A DNA stretch of 64,000 nucleotides from Euryarchaeota archaeon SM23-78 (GTDB lineage: Archaea; Nanobdellota; Nanobdellia; Woesearchaeales; SM23-78), in the NCBI GenBank assembly GCA_001595785.1, contig LSSJ01000038.1, forward strand, positions 3,020 to 67,019, read 5' to 3'. The position numbers and the translations under genes were made by a program. This document shows, piece after piece, positions 54,157 through 63,997 of this stretch. The notes below the pieces were generated by a model. It saw only the letters and a program-made list of their open reading frames with translations. It had not been told where the DNA came from and did no database searches. Each line of letters starts with the position of its first letter. The first letter of the stretch is position 1.

Positions 54157-55332
54157 ATGAAAATCCTAGTTTTAAACTCAGGCAGCAGCTCCTTAAAGTA
54201 CAAGTTATTTGACATGATAAAGCATAAACTCTTATTAGCAGGTCATGTTGATGGTATTGGTCTTGACAGATGCATTGTAAGAATAAAGCATGATGAAAAA
54301 ACTGAAGAAAAACACCATGTTGTAAAAGACCATGTAGATGCAGTAATGATAGCTTTGAAATCATTAAAAGAAAAAGAAATAATAAAAGAGTATGCTGAGA
54401 TAGGAGCTGTTGGCCACAGGGTTGTGCATGGAGGAGAACACTACTCTGATCCAACTCTTATTGATGAGAAGGTGATAAGAACCATAAGATTATTATCAGA
54501 CCTTGCGCCTCTACATAACCCTCCAAATCTTGCAGGAATCCTGGCTTGTAAAAAGATGCTTCCACACACACCCCAAGTAGCTGTTTTTGACACAGCCTTT
54601 CACCAGACTCTAGAACCACATGCTTATCTCTATGGATTACCTTATGATTTATATGAGAAGTATAAGATAAGAAAATACGGATTTCATGGTACCAGTCACA
54701 AGTATGTTGCTCACCAAGCCATAAAGCTGCTAGACAAAAAAGAGTCAAAAATAATTACTTGTCATCTAGGAAACGGGGCTTCACTAGCAGCTGTTAAGAA
54801 TGGAAAATCTATTGATACAAGCATGGGCTTCACCCCTCTTGAAGGCTTAATAATGGGGACCAGGACAGGTTCAATGGACCCTGCAATACCCATCTATCTA
54901 GCAAGGGATAAAGGCTTTAAGCTTAATGAACTGGACAAGATGTTTAATAAGGAATCAGGCTTGTTAGGCGTGTCTGGTTTAACCCAAGATGTAAGAGACT
55001 TACACAAGGCAAGTCTTAAAGGCAATAAAAGAGCAAAGCTATCCCTTGAATTGTTTGCTTATAGAGTAGCCTTCTATATAGGAGGATACCTTGCTTTGCT
55101 CGGAGGACTAGATACTCTTGTATTCACAGCAGGCATAGGAGAAGGAGCCTGGTTCATGAGAAAAGCCATCTGCAAATATTTAAAGCCAATAGGAATAGTA
55201 ATGGATGATAAGAAGAACAGAAAAGACGAAGCCATAATCTCAAAACCTCATTCAAAAGCAAAGATATATGTAATACCAACCAACGAGGGGCTGCAGATAG
55301 CAAGAGAGACTAAAGAATTGGTTGGAAAATAA
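54157..55332 (+). CDS. ackA: Acetate kinase
   Basis: MKILVLNSGSSSLKYKLF, GHRVVHGG, FDTAFHQT and GFHGTSH are the canonical AckA motifs. Confidence 0.93.
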   Translation: MKILVLNSGSSSLKYKLFDMIKHKLLLAGHVDGIGLDRCIVRIKHDEKTEEKHHVVKDHVDAVMIALKSLKEKEIIKEYAEIGAVGHRVVHGGEHYSDPTLIDEKVIRTIRLLSDLAPLHNPPNLAGILACKKMLPHTPQVAVFDTAFHQTLEPHAYLYGLPYDLYEKYKIRKYGFHGTSHKYVAHQAIKLLDKKESKIITCHLGNGASLAAVKNGKSIDTSMGFTPLEGLIMGTRTGSMDPAIPIYLARDKGFKLNELDKMFNKESGLLGVSGLTQDVRDLHKASLKGNKRAKLSLELFAYRVAFYIGGYLALLGGLDTLVFTAGIGEGAWFMRKAICKYLKPIGIVMDDKKNRKDEAIISKPHSKAKIYVIPTNEGLQIARETKELVGK

Positions 55333-55421
55333 GCTACTTCTTTAAGAACATTTAAATATGAGTATTTCTAAAGATAAATATAGACTAGTACAAAATGGAA
55401 AAAGAAGAGGGGTGATAAAGA

Positions 55422-55820
55422 ATGCAGTTCAGAACAAAAACACCACAATGGTTTCTGGTTCTCTATGCTGTGCTAATAACTGTGCTAGGTATTTTTTCTC
55501 TAATAGACTTGATAAAAGGCACAGAATGCGTTGTAGGAATATATTATACAATGATATTTGTGTTGTTCAGTATAGCAATGGTAGTCTATTTTATGTCAAA
55601 AGGTTATGAGATTAAGAGTTGGTTAATGCCTTTATGTTTCTTAGTATTAGCCTTTGTAGGGATTTCCTTACAAACCTTTTTTGACAGGGTCTGGTCTTAT
55701 GCAGGAGCAAGAGCCATCCAGTACCTTAAGACTATCCTGTTCTGGGTGTTCATCTTCTTTATAGACCTCTTGTACTTACACCCACATGTTAAGAGGAAGT
55801 TTAAGAGGAAGAGGAAATAG
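55422..55820 (+). CDS. Small membrane protein, unknown function
   Basis: 132 aa with 4 hydrophobic segments and a basic C-terminus. Preferred over the overlapping ORF at 55358-55609. Confidence 0.5.
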   Translation: MQFRTKTPQWFLVLYAVLITVLGIFSLIDLIKGTECVVGIYYTMIFVLFSIAMVVYFMSKGYEIKSWLMPLCFLVLAFVGISLQTFFDRVWSYAGARAIQYLKTILFWVFIFFIDLLYLHPHVKRKFKRKRK

Positions 55821-55952
55821 ATTTTTTGTTTTTTCTTTATTATTTTACTTAAGGGTTATAGTTAGAAATAGAGACAAAAGAGTTTATTTAGATACTCCTT
55901 TGTAATAGTAAAAAGGACAAATTTTATAAATAAGGCGCTCTTTCTTTAATCA

Positions 55953-56237
55953 ATGGATAAATTACCTAAAAAAATGAAAATACCTTTGGCTTTAGGATAT
56001 GAAAGACTGCATGATTTACTAGAATCTCAAGGTTATTCTTTGCTTAGTAGTCTAGATTGTAAGTCAGAAAAATTTCATGAGAACATTAAGAATGTATCTG
56101 AATATCTTGTTGGCGAGTACAAACAGAATCAGTATGAGATAGTAATTTTGCCTAGATTATTAGCTCTCCATCCCCGTACTTGGAACATTCCTGAGAAAGA
56201 CTCTGTACATTGTGTTTATGTTAGATCAAAGAAATGA
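55953..56237 (+). CDS. Hypothetical protein
   Basis: 94-aa ORF. No family recognised. Confidence 0.4.
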   Translation: MDKLPKKMKIPLALGYERLHDLLESQGYSLLSSLDCKSEKFHENIKNVSEYLVGEYKQNQYEIVILPRLLALHPRTWNIPEKDSVHCVYVRSKK

Positions 56238-58268
56238 TTATCCTTTGCCACACCATCTCTTCAGCTCTTCCCATCTAGTATCAATATTCTTTTGGAGCTG
56301 TTCAATGATGTGTTGGTTTTCTGGCTTCATTAAATGCCTGAACCTTTTCTGCATCTTAAGCCATTCAATTACTGTCTTTTTATTATCGCCAGGGTCATAG
56401 TTCAGTATCCACTTACCATTATCCACTTCAAATAAAGGCCAGAAACAAGTGTCAACTGCCATCTTAGCAAGCTTTAAGGTTAAGTGCATTGGATATTTCC
56501 ATCCAGGAACACAAGGACTTAGCACATTGATAAAGGCAGGTCCTTTGACTGCAAAGGCTTTTTCTGCTTTTCTAACCAAATCCATATAATTATGAGGGCT
56601 GGCTTGAGCAACATAAGGGATATGATGACCTGCAACCACTGCTGTCAAGTCTTTTTTGAACTGTTCTTTACCTTTATGCACTTTTCCTACTTGAGATGTA
56701 TTGGTCCATGCACCAAAAGGAGTGCTGCTACTTCTCTGAATGCCTGTGTTATGCACCACTATACCGTCAGCCACAAAGTTGTGCTCGCCTTCAACTCTTA
56801 AGTCTAAAGTTGGTTGTTCCTTTACAAACTTAACAGAAATTATTTTTTCAGAGCTAAACCATTCATTATCTGCTAAGAAGTCTCTTTGTTTTGTTTGAGA
56901 AAGATATTTTTTAATGTCAGGTTGTTTCTTTTTACTAAAACAGATGTATCCATAACTGGAATCTTCTAATAACTCTCTGTAAACTACGAGGCTTCCCTTC
57001 TTTTTCTTTTGTTGATGTATCTTTCCCACTCTGTAAGTCATTGTTTGTAGCAATAATCTTAGTGTTTTTAACAACTCAATACTTGCAGATACATATCTGT
57101 GGCTTCTTCCTATTTTGTATCCATCTGAAAGCATTAATCCTTTGAGAAAGGCTTCTTTTTCTTCTTGTGGTAAGGTAAAAAGCCAGCTTGGAATGATTTT
57201 ATTCTTTGCTCCATTACCAAAACCAAGCGAATCAATAAATTTAGCTAGATTTACTGAGTATATGTAAAAATAATTTTTATCTTTTTCAGATAATTCTTTT
57301 CTAAATATTTTTCTATAAACCTCTTTTAATCTCTTTCTTGCTTTTGTGTTTCTTGGGAGAGCAAAACCTGTTTCTGCTTTATGAGTTCGAATCCACCCAT
57401 CGCCTACAAAGAGCCCTAAGAATTCCATTAATGCAGGAGAACTCTTCTTCGGGATCTTAACCTCATTAATCTTGTTTACCTTGTAATCTCCTTTTTTAGA
57501 TAGCTTAATAGCAGGGAAATTATAACTCTTGCCTTGTCTCAGTTTTTTTAACACTATTACCTCATCATTAGGTTTTAGTTGTGCTAGTGTTTTCCAGACT
57601 AACTTATTCTCTTTTTTACTTCTGCTTCTTTTAACAACAAGGAAAGGATGGTTTGAAGTGGCTTTTATTGTGTGGTGTAAGGTGCTCAACTCATAAACTT
57701 TCTTGACACCATTATCAAAAATACCAGTGCACCTTTTCAAAACTAGGCTTCCATTTTTCTGGTTAAAAGCATAAACTTTTTCTCCTATTTTTATCTCTGT
57801 AATTCTTTTCAAACCTTTTTCTGTCATTATAAGAGCGTCTAAACTTAAACAATTCATGTAGCCTTCATTATCAACGCATACATAAACAAAGTTATGTCCT
57901 CTTTCTAAGGCTCCTGAAAGTGACTGGAGTCCTATGTCATAGGTTCCTCCGTCCCCACCAAAAGCAAGGAATTTTATTTCTTTCTGAATCTTACCTTTCT
58001 TTTTCAAAACTTCATAAGCAGCTTCTGCTCCACTAATAGTAGCTGCAGCATTCTCAAAAGCATTATGAATCCAAGGAACATTCCAAGCAGTATATGGATA
58101 GATAGTTGTGCTAACCTCTAAGCAGCCAGTAGCAGTGGCTACCACGATTGGATCTTTGGTGCCTCTCATAACAGCTCGAGCAATAATACTAAGACCACAA
58201 CCAGGGCAAAGCCTATGACCAGGTGCTAATCGTTCTCCGGTTAATGCAAGTTCTCTAATGTTTGGCAT
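56238..58268 (-). CDS. porB: Pyruvate (2-oxoacid):ferredoxin oxidoreductase beta subunit, interrupted by an intein
   Basis: The N-extein has CPGCG and the TPP motif [10 protein letters not shown]...[10 protein letters not shown]. The C-extein resumes [15 protein letters not shown].... Joined exteins total 308 aa, a normal PorB size. Confidence 0.9.
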   Translation of the reverse strand: MPNIRELALTGERLAPGHRLCPGCGLSIIARAVMRGTKDPIVVATATGCLEVSTTIYPYTAWNVPWIHNAFENAAATISGAEAAYEVLKKKGKIQKEIKFLAFGGDGGTYDIGLQSLSGALERGHNFVYVCVDNEGYMNCLSLDALIMTEKGLKRITEIKIGEKVYAFNQKNGSLVLKRCTGIFDNGVKKVYELSTLHHTIKATSNHPFLVVKRSRSKKENKLVWKTLAQLKPNDEVIVLKKLRQGKSYNFPAIKLSKKGDYKVNKINEVKIPKKSSPALMEFLGLFVGDGWIRTHKAETGFALPRNTKARKRLKEVYRKIFRKELSEKDKNYFYIYSVNLAKFIDSLGFGNGAKNKIIPSWLFTLPQEEKEAFLKGLMLSDGYKIGRSHRYVSASIELLKTLRLLLQTMTYRVGKIHQQKKKKGSLVVYRELLEDSSYGYICFSKKKQPDIKKYLSQTKQRDFLADNEWFSSEKIISVKFVKEQPTLDLRVEGEHNFVADGIVVHNTGIQRSSSTPFGAWTNTSQVGKVHKGKEQFKKDLTAVVAGHHIPYVAQASPHNYMDLVRKAEKAFAVKGPAFINVLSPCVPGWKYPMHLTLKLAKMAVDTCFWPLFEVDNGKWILNYDPGDNKKTVIEWLKMQKRFRHLMKPENQHIIEQLQKNIDTRWEELKRWCGKG
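56748..57851 (-). mobile_element. LAGLIDADG-type intein (368 aa) in PorB
   Basis: Starts at the Cys codon 57851-57849 (N|[13 protein letters not shown]) and ends at the His-Asn codons 56753-56748 (GIVVHN|T). Two dodecapeptide motifs are present: [10 protein letters not shown] and [10 protein letters not shown]. The +1 residue is Thr. Confidence 0.9.
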
Positions 58269-58269
58269 T

Positions 58270-59454
58270 TTATTCTCTCACTCCCAAATATCTCACTCTT
58301 TCACCAAGATTACCTTTCTTTACTTCTTCTAACTCATTAAACACTTTTTTTATCTGTTCTAAATCCAGTTCTCTTCCTCCTAGTCCATAAATGTAATCAA
58401 TAATATTTGGTTTTTCTTTTATCTCATGGAATGAGCTTCTTATCTCACTAAAGATAGGTCCTCCAAAGGCTCCAAAGCTATCGCTTCTATCAAGCACAGC
58501 AACTGCTTTTATCTTTCCAAGCTTTTCAACAACCATTTCATTAAGCCAAGGCCTGAACACTCTCATCTTTAACAAACCGACTTTTTGTCCTTTTGCTCTT
58601 AGCTCGTCAACAACCACTCTTACTGTTCCTGCACTGCTATTAGCGCACACAATAACTTTTTCAGCGTTTTCAAGCTTGTAGCCTTCAAAAAAGTCATATT
58701 TTTTTCCTGTTATTTTACCAAATTCATCAAACACTTCTCTTATAACACGCTTTGCATTCTGCATTGCTAGTACTTGTTGTCTTTTATGCTCAAAATAATA
58801 ATCAAACAAGTCAAGAGGACCATAAGTCACTGGTTTATCAACATCAAGCAAAGGATAATGACCTGTATGTTCTCCTACAAAATTCTTAACAGTCTCATCA
58901 TCAAGGATTTCTGCTGTTTCAACACTATGACTGGTAATGAATCCATCTTGGCAAACCATTACTGGCAATAAGACATCTTTGTGCTCACCAATTCTTACTC
59001 CCATAATTGTGTTTTCATAAGCTTCTTCTCCATTCTCAGAATACATTTGAATCCATCCAGTGTCACGACAACCCATGCTATCAGAATGGTCACAATGAAT
59101 ATTAATAGGAGCGCTTAATGCCCTGTTCACAACGTTCATAACTATTGGCAGCCTGGTGCTAGAAGCAATATAAACAATCTCCCACATTAATGCTAAACCA
59201 TTAGCACTGGTTGCTGTCATTGCACGAGCACCAGCAGCACTAGCCCCCACACAAGCACTCATAGCACTATGCTCAGACTCAACAGTAACCAAATCAGTAT
59301 CAATAATACCATCAGCAACAAACTGGGAAAAAGAATGCATGATATTAGTCTGAGGAGTAATAGGATAAGCAGCAACAACATCAGGATTAATCTGACGCAT
59401 AGCCTCTGCTGTGCACTGAGCTCCTGTGTATGCTTTACGAGTTTTTTGTACCAT
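58270..59454 (-). CDS. porA: Pyruvate (2-oxoacid):ferredoxin oxidoreductase alpha subunit
   Basis: 394 aa with AYPITPQT and [20 protein letters not shown], typical of PorA. The stop is 1 nt from the porB start. Confidence 0.9.
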   Translation of the reverse strand: MVQKTRKAYTGAQCTAEAMRQINPDVVAAYPITPQTNIMHSFSQFVADGIIDTDLVTVESEHSAMSACVGASAAGARAMTATSANGLALMWEIVYIASSTRLPIVMNVVNRALSAPINIHCDHSDSMGCRDTGWIQMYSENGEEAYENTIMGVRIGEHKDVLLPVMVCQDGFITSHSVETAEILDDETVKNFVGEHTGHYPLLDVDKPVTYGPLDLFDYYFEHKRQQVLAMQNAKRVIREVFDEFGKITGKKYDFFEGYKLENAEKVIVCANSSAGTVRVVVDELRAKGQKVGLLKMRVFRPWLNEMVVEKLGKIKAVAVLDRSDSFGAFGGPIFSEIRSSFHEIKEKPNIIDYIYGLGGRELDLEQIKKVFNELEEVKKGNLGERVRYLGVRE

Positions 59455-59568
59455 TTTTTCCCTCGCGAACGTAGTGAGCGAGCGTAGTTATTTTATTTTT
59501 AATTTTTATTTAATTTTAAACTAAATTTTTCATTGGTCCTCAAACGCCGGACTGGCTTAAATTAATTC
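59455..59568 (-). promoter_or_regulatory. Conserved ~110-nt intercistronic module (porD-porA spacer)
   Basis: The minus-sense sequence reads GAATTAAT..GTCCGGCGTTTGAGGAC, then an AT-rich stretch with GTTTAAAAT and AAATAAAAAT, then CGCTCGCTCACTACGTTCGCGAGGGAAAAA and ATG. It is collinear with the hydG-hydD spacer. Confidence 0.6.
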
Positions 59569-59955
59569 TTAGTCTTTGAACTCCTTTTCCTCTTTCATCT
59601 CAATTGCTTTGAAAGGGCACTCCTCTGCGCAGATACCACAACCCTTGCAATAATCCAAATCAAAGCCTCCGAAGTTGCCAAGATTAGCTTTATCACTCAC
59701 TCCTTTTTTGCCTTTGTTAGGATCATCAACCCCTCCGACCTTTACGCAGGAATCAGGGCATACCATCCAGCAAATCATGCAATTAGTGCATTTCTCAGGT
59801 ATATGTATTGGTCTGAAAGTCCTCCAATCACCTGTTTTGTACTCCTTGCTATTACCTGCTTCAAGGATTTTTCCTCCTATAGGTATCTCTTTCCAATTCT
59901 TTAATTTCTGCTTATGCTCTTCATGATGTGTGTGCTGAGAGTTTGCTTCTGTCAT
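59569..59955 (-). CDS. porD: Pyruvate:ferredoxin oxidoreductase delta subunit (2x4Fe-4S ferredoxin)
   Basis: CTNCMICWMVCP and CKGCGICAEECP cluster motifs. N-terminal His-rich stretch. Confidence 0.85.
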   Translation of the reverse strand: MTEANSQHTHHEEHKQKLKNWKEIPIGGKILEAGNSKEYKTGDWRTFRPIHIPEKCTNCMICWMVCPDSCVKVGGVDDPNKGKKGVSDKANLGNFGGFDLDYCKGCGICAEECPFKAIEMKEEKEFKD

Positions 59956-60521
59956 ACATTAACCTCATTATATGCTCTTTCAAAAGCCTTAACATTCTTT
60001 TCAGCAAGGTCTTTGCCAAGGAGATATTCAAAATGCTTGAACATATGATTTTTTAGGAATTCAAAATCAACAATATTAGTTGCTTTTTCAACAACACCCA
60101 GCATTGCAGTGTTAGTCACTGCTCTTCCCAGCTCTTCAAGAGCAATCTTAATAGCATCTATAACAATGATTTTACCCTTAAAATCAACCACGCTCTTAAC
60201 TTCATTAACAGATTGATTAGCATTAATAATAAGAAGTCCATCATCATCCAAACCCTCTGTCACAGGAATACTCTTAAGCAAGGTCTGATCAACAACCACA
60301 ACAACATTAGGATTAGTAACACCAGAATGAAGATAGATCGGCTTATCACTAATCCTAGTATAAGCCTTAACCGGCGCTCCCTGTCTCTCAGCACCATATT
60401 CAGGAAAGCTCTGAACAAATTTACCTTGCTCAATAGCAGCTTCTGCTAAGAGAGCAGCAGCTGTTTTAGCACCCTGGCCACCCCTACCATGAAACCTTAT
60501 CTCAAAGATGTCTTTGGACAT
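59952..60521 (-). CDS. porG: Pyruvate:ferredoxin oxidoreductase gamma subunit
   Basis: IRFHGRGGQGAKTAAALLAEAA...FPEYGAERQGAP is the gamma-subunit signature. There is a 4-nt overlap with porD. Confidence 0.88.
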   Translation of the reverse strand: MSKDIFEIRFHGRGGQGAKTAAALLAEAAIEQGKFVQSFPEYGAERQGAPVKAYTRISDKPIYLHSGVTNPNVVVVVDQTLLKSIPVTEGLDDDGLLIINANQSVNEVKSVVDFKGKIIVIDAIKIALEELGRAVTNTAMLGVVEKATNIVDFEFLKNHMFKHFEYLLGKDLAEKNVKAFERAYNEVNV

Positions 60522-60667
60522 GAAGTTTATTCCTCTTTTTTAATAAAAAGGCTTAGTCAAGAAGGGTTTATAAGTTTTTTGGAAGATGGTTCTGGATTTT
60601 TTATTATAAGGGCATTATTAAATCTTCCCAGCAAAACATTTATACAACAGAGGCAGAGCTTCTGAGC

Positions 60668-60693
60668 ATAAATCTTTTTAGCAAAAGATTTAT
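60668..60693. promoter_or_regulatory. Perfect 11-4-11 palindrome ATAAATCTTTT-TAGC-AAAAGATTTAT in the porG/ppsA divergent region
   Basis: Preceded at 60648-60664 by hairpin CAGAGGC-AGA-GCTTCTG, which also occurs at 14358-14374. The right arm runs into TTTATATA. Confidence 0.45.
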
Positions 60694-60755
60694 ATACCTT
60701 GCATTCATATCTAGATTTTAGATAGTTATGCCAATAAAAAAGAGGTGAACCTGAC

Positions 60756-63176
60756 TTGGACAAAGAGAATGCTTTTATTCTGTGGTTTGACCAGATCGGT
60801 ATAGAGGACGCGATTCTTGTGGGAGGTAAGAATTCTTCTCTTGGAGAGATGTACTCTAACCTTGTTAGCAGAGGAGTTAATATTCCTAATGGCTTTGCAG
60901 TAACAGCAAAAGCTTACTTCTATCTTTTAGAAAAAGCAGGTATTAAGGATGAGATTAAGAGGTTACTAGATGGTCTTGACACCAGGAACATCCCTGATTT
61001 ACAAACCAGAGGGCACATGATTAGGGAGCTTATAAAAAAAGCCCATATACCCAATCACTTACAAAGAGAGATTGTTGAGAATTACAGAAACCTGTGCAGT
61101 GTTTATAGCCCTGAGAAGAGTGATGTTGATGTTGCTGTTAGGAGCAGTGCCACAGCAGAGGACTTGCCTGATGCTAGCTTTGCAGGCCAGCAAGAAACTT
61201 ATCTTAATATTAAGGGAGAGACTCAATTATTAGATGCTTGTAAAAAATGCTTTGCAAGTTTATTCACCAACAGAGCCATTAGTTACAGAGAGGACAAAGG
61301 CTTTGACCATTTCAAGATAGGCTTAAGCATTGGTGTGCAAAAGATGGTGCGCTCTGACAAGGCTTCTTCAGGAGTTATGTTTAGCATAGGTACAGAGTCT
61401 GGTTTCAAAGACATAGTTATTATTAATGGTTCTTATGGCTTAGGAGAGAATATTGTACAAGGAGTGGTTAACCCTGATGAATTCATAGTTTTTAAACCCA
61501 CTCTTAAACAAGGCTTCAGATCTATAATTGGGAAGAAGCTGGGTTCTAAAGAGATAAAAATGGTTTATGATACTCATGGTAATAAGAGCACTAAAAATAT
61601 TCCGGTACAAACAGAGGATAGGAACAGGTTTGTGCTTAGTGATGATGAAATCCTGACTCTAGCAAAATGGGCTTGTGTTGTAGAGGAGTACTATTCTGAA
61701 AAAGCAGGGCATCATAAACCAATGGACTTAGAATGGGCCAAGGATGGCATAACCAAACAGTTATTCATTGTGCAGGCAAGGCCAGAAACAGTGCATGCTC
61801 TTAAAGATCTTACCAAACTAGTTCAGTATGTTCTTAAGGAGAAGAGTAATGTATTGCTCAGAGGAGAATCAGTGGGTGATAAAATAGGAAACGGGAAGGT
61901 AAGAGTGATAGAAGAAGCCCATAACATTCACCAGTTCAAAGAAGGAGAGGTGCTTGTGACTGACATGACAGACCCTGACTGGGAGCCTATTATGAAGATA
62001 GCAAGCGCTATTGTTACTAACAGAGGAGGCAGAACCTGTCATGCAGCTATTGTGTCAAGAGAGCTAGGCATACCTTGCATTGTAGGGACAGAGCATGCAA
62101 CAGAGACCTTACATGATGCTCAAGAAGTAACCATTGATTGTAGTCAAGGAGCCCAAGGGTTAGTGTACCAAGGATTATTAAAGTATGAGAAACAAGAGCA
62201 TGACCTTGGCTCAGTGCCTAAGACCAAGACCAAGATAATGATGAATGTTGCTAACCCAGACCAGGCCTTTGAGGAGAGCTTTATTCCTAATGACGGGGTG
62301 GGGCTAGCACGAGAAGAATTTATCATAAACTCTGAGATAAAGATTCATCCCTTAGCCTTGCTCAAGTTTAATGAGCTTGAAAGTGAAAAACTAAAAGCAA
62401 AGATTAATTCTTTAACCAATGGTTATTCTGATAAGGAAAAATTCTTTATAAATACGCTCGCAAGAGGGATAGGTAGAATAGCAGCAGCCTTTTATCCAAA
62501 GCCAGTAATTGTGAGGACAAGTGATTTTAAGAGCAATGAGTATGCTAATCTAATTGGAGGCCATTTATTTGAACCAAAAGAAGACAACCCTATGCTTGGA
62601 TGGAGAGGCGCTTCTCGTTACTACAGTGAGAACTACAAAGAAGCCTTTGCTCTTGAATGCAAAGCCCTGTTAAAAGCAAGAAATGATTTTGGGCTTACCA
62701 ATATCAAAATAATGATACCCTTCTGCAGAACAATTGATGAAGCAAAAAAAGTGATAGCAGTGATGAAAGAGAACGGCCTGGTACAAGGAGAGCATGAGCT
62801 AGAGATTTATGGCATGTGTGAGATACCCAGCAATGTATTGCTAGCAGATGAATTCTTAGATATCTTTGACGGTTTCTCAATAGGTAGCAATGATTTAACC
62901 CAGTTAGTCCTTGGCTTAGACAGAGATTCAGAGCTGGTTAATGAGATATATGATGAGAGGAATGAGGCTGTGAAGAAATTAATAAGAGAAGTAATAGAGG
63001 TGGCTAATAAGAAAGGGAAATATATTGGAATATGTGGGCAAGCACCAAGTGATTTTGAAGACTTTGCAGAGTTTCTAGTAGAAGCAGGCATTCATAGCAT
63101 TAGTCTAAACCCAGACACGGTAATAAAAACAACTTTTAAGATTGCTGAGAAGGAGAAACAGATAGGAATTAATTAA
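60756..63176 (+). CDS. ppsA: Phosphoenolpyruvate synthase (pyruvate, water dikinase)
   Basis: 806 aa, TTG start. N-terminal ATP-grasp region (VGGKNSSLGEM), phospho-His domain (TNRGGRTCHAAIVSRELGIP) and C-terminal PEP-utilising TIM barrel (GSNDLTQL). Confidence 0.92.
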   Translation: MDKENAFILWFDQIGIEDAILVGGKNSSLGEMYSNLVSRGVNIPNGFAVTAKAYFYLLEKAGIKDEIKRLLDGLDTRNIPDLQTRGHMIRELIKKAHIPNHLQREIVENYRNLCSVYSPEKSDVDVAVRSSATAEDLPDASFAGQQETYLNIKGETQLLDACKKCFASLFTNRAISYREDKGFDHFKIGLSIGVQKMVRSDKASSGVMFSIGTESGFKDIVIINGSYGLGENIVQGVVNPDEFIVFKPTLKQGFRSIIGKKLGSKEIKMVYDTHGNKSTKNIPVQTEDRNRFVLSDDEILTLAKWACVVEEYYSEKAGHHKPMDLEWAKDGITKQLFIVQARPETVHALKDLTKLVQYVLKEKSNVLLRGESVGDKIGNGKVRVIEEAHNIHQFKEGEVLVTDMTDPDWEPIMKIASAIVTNRGGRTCHAAIVSRELGIPCIVGTEHATETLHDAQEVTIDCSQGAQGLVYQGLLKYEKQEHDLGSVPKTKTKIMMNVANPDQAFEESFIPNDGVGLAREEFIINSEIKIHPLALLKFNELESEKLKAKINSLTNGYSDKEKFFINTLARGIGRIAAAFYPKPVIVRTSDFKSNEYANLIGGHLFEPKEDNPMLGWRGASRYYSENYKEAFALECKALLKARNDFGLTNIKIMIPFCRTIDEAKKVIAVMKENGLVQGEHELEIYGMCEIPSNVLLADEFLDIFDGFSIGSNDLTQLVLGLDRDSELVNEIYDERNEAVKKLIREVIEVANKKGKYIGICGQAPSDFEDFAEFLVEAGIHSISLNPDTVIKTTFKIAEKEKQIGIN

Positions 63177-63205
63177 AATAAAAATAAGGATAATAAAAAT
63201 TTTCT

Positions 63206-63997
63206 TTACTCAGGGCACTCACCTTCTGTCCAGTACTTAACTATCTCTTCAGAGCAAGCAGTGCAAGGATTACTGTAAGTAGCAGCGCAGGGATACTTAA
63301 TGCACAGTATGCTCTCATTAAACCATCCGCACACAGGCCTGTAATCCATGGTGCAAGCCACTGTTCCTCTCTGCTCTGGTTTACAAAAGGTTTTTTCGAG
63401 CTCAGGGCATTCTCCTCTGAAATAAGCCCATTCATCGCACTCAGTTCCATCCTCCAATACGCAGATTCCCTGAGTGCCTGCATCTGTTTCCACCATTTTC
63501 AAGGTCCCGCCTTGCTCTTCGCAATACACTGATGCAGGATTAGGCAATCCTGTGCCTCCTGTTTCTCCGGGGCAAGGGTCGAACTCACAGTTAAGTTCAG
63601 GGTTTCTTGCAACAACAGTCTTGCCATCAGGGCAAATTTTTGCCTCTTCTGTGCAAGCCTTAGGCTCTGTATCATCCTGGGTGGCTACCTTCCAGTCAAC
63701 CAGCTTGATAGTTTGCATCGCTTGGTTATCATTTCTTTGCAGCTTGACATTAAAGCAGCCAGTGCACTCAAGCACTTCAACTTCGACAACAGTTACTGGA
63801 TAGCTGAGTGGCGCAACAACAAGCTTTGCAGCTTCTCTTTGAGCTTCATTAAGTTCCCATTCCCTTACGCAAGCACCGATAGTGGCATTCCAGGAGTAGC
63901 CAGCGCTAATCAAGCAGCCGTGCTCGTCCTTGTCACCACCAATTATTTGCTCTTTAGCACAACCAGCAACCAGAAGCACTCCAAATATCAGTCCCAT
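63206..63997 (-). CDS. Secreted or lipoprotein-like protein with DUF333-like and Kazal-like Cys modules (N-terminus may run off the window)
   Basis: ...LLVAGC lipobox-like start. NPASVYCEEQGGTL...GICVLEDGTECDEWAYFRGEC resembles DUF333. CTMDYRPVCG...YSNPCTAC resembles a Kazal loop. The frame is still open at base 64000. Confidence 0.55.
   Translation of the reverse strand: MGLIFGVLLVAGCAKEQIIGGDKDEHGCLISAGYSWNATIGACVREWELNEAQREAAKLVVAPLSYPVTVVEVEVLECTGCFNVKLQRNDNQAMQTIKLVDWKVATQDDTEPKACTEEAKICPDGKTVVARNPELNCEFDPCPGETGGTGLPNPASVYCEEQGGTLKMVETDAGTQGICVLEDGTECDEWAYFRGECPELEKTFCKPEQRGTVACTMDYRPVCGWFNESILCIKYPCAATYSNPCTACSEEIVKYWTEGECPE

Noticed and set aside
55358-55609. An 83-aa ORF overlaps the start of the membrane-protein gene.
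   Set aside because: The alternative frame (55422-55820) encodes clean TM helices and a basic tail. The 83-aa product is Cys/Arg-rich noise.
57380-57400. The GAGTTCGAATCCACC string resembles a tRNA T-arm/T-loop.
   Set aside because: The flanking bases do not form a T-stem or acceptor stem, and the string lies inside the PorB intein coding sequence. I found no tRNA-like cloverleaf anywhere in the intergenic regions.
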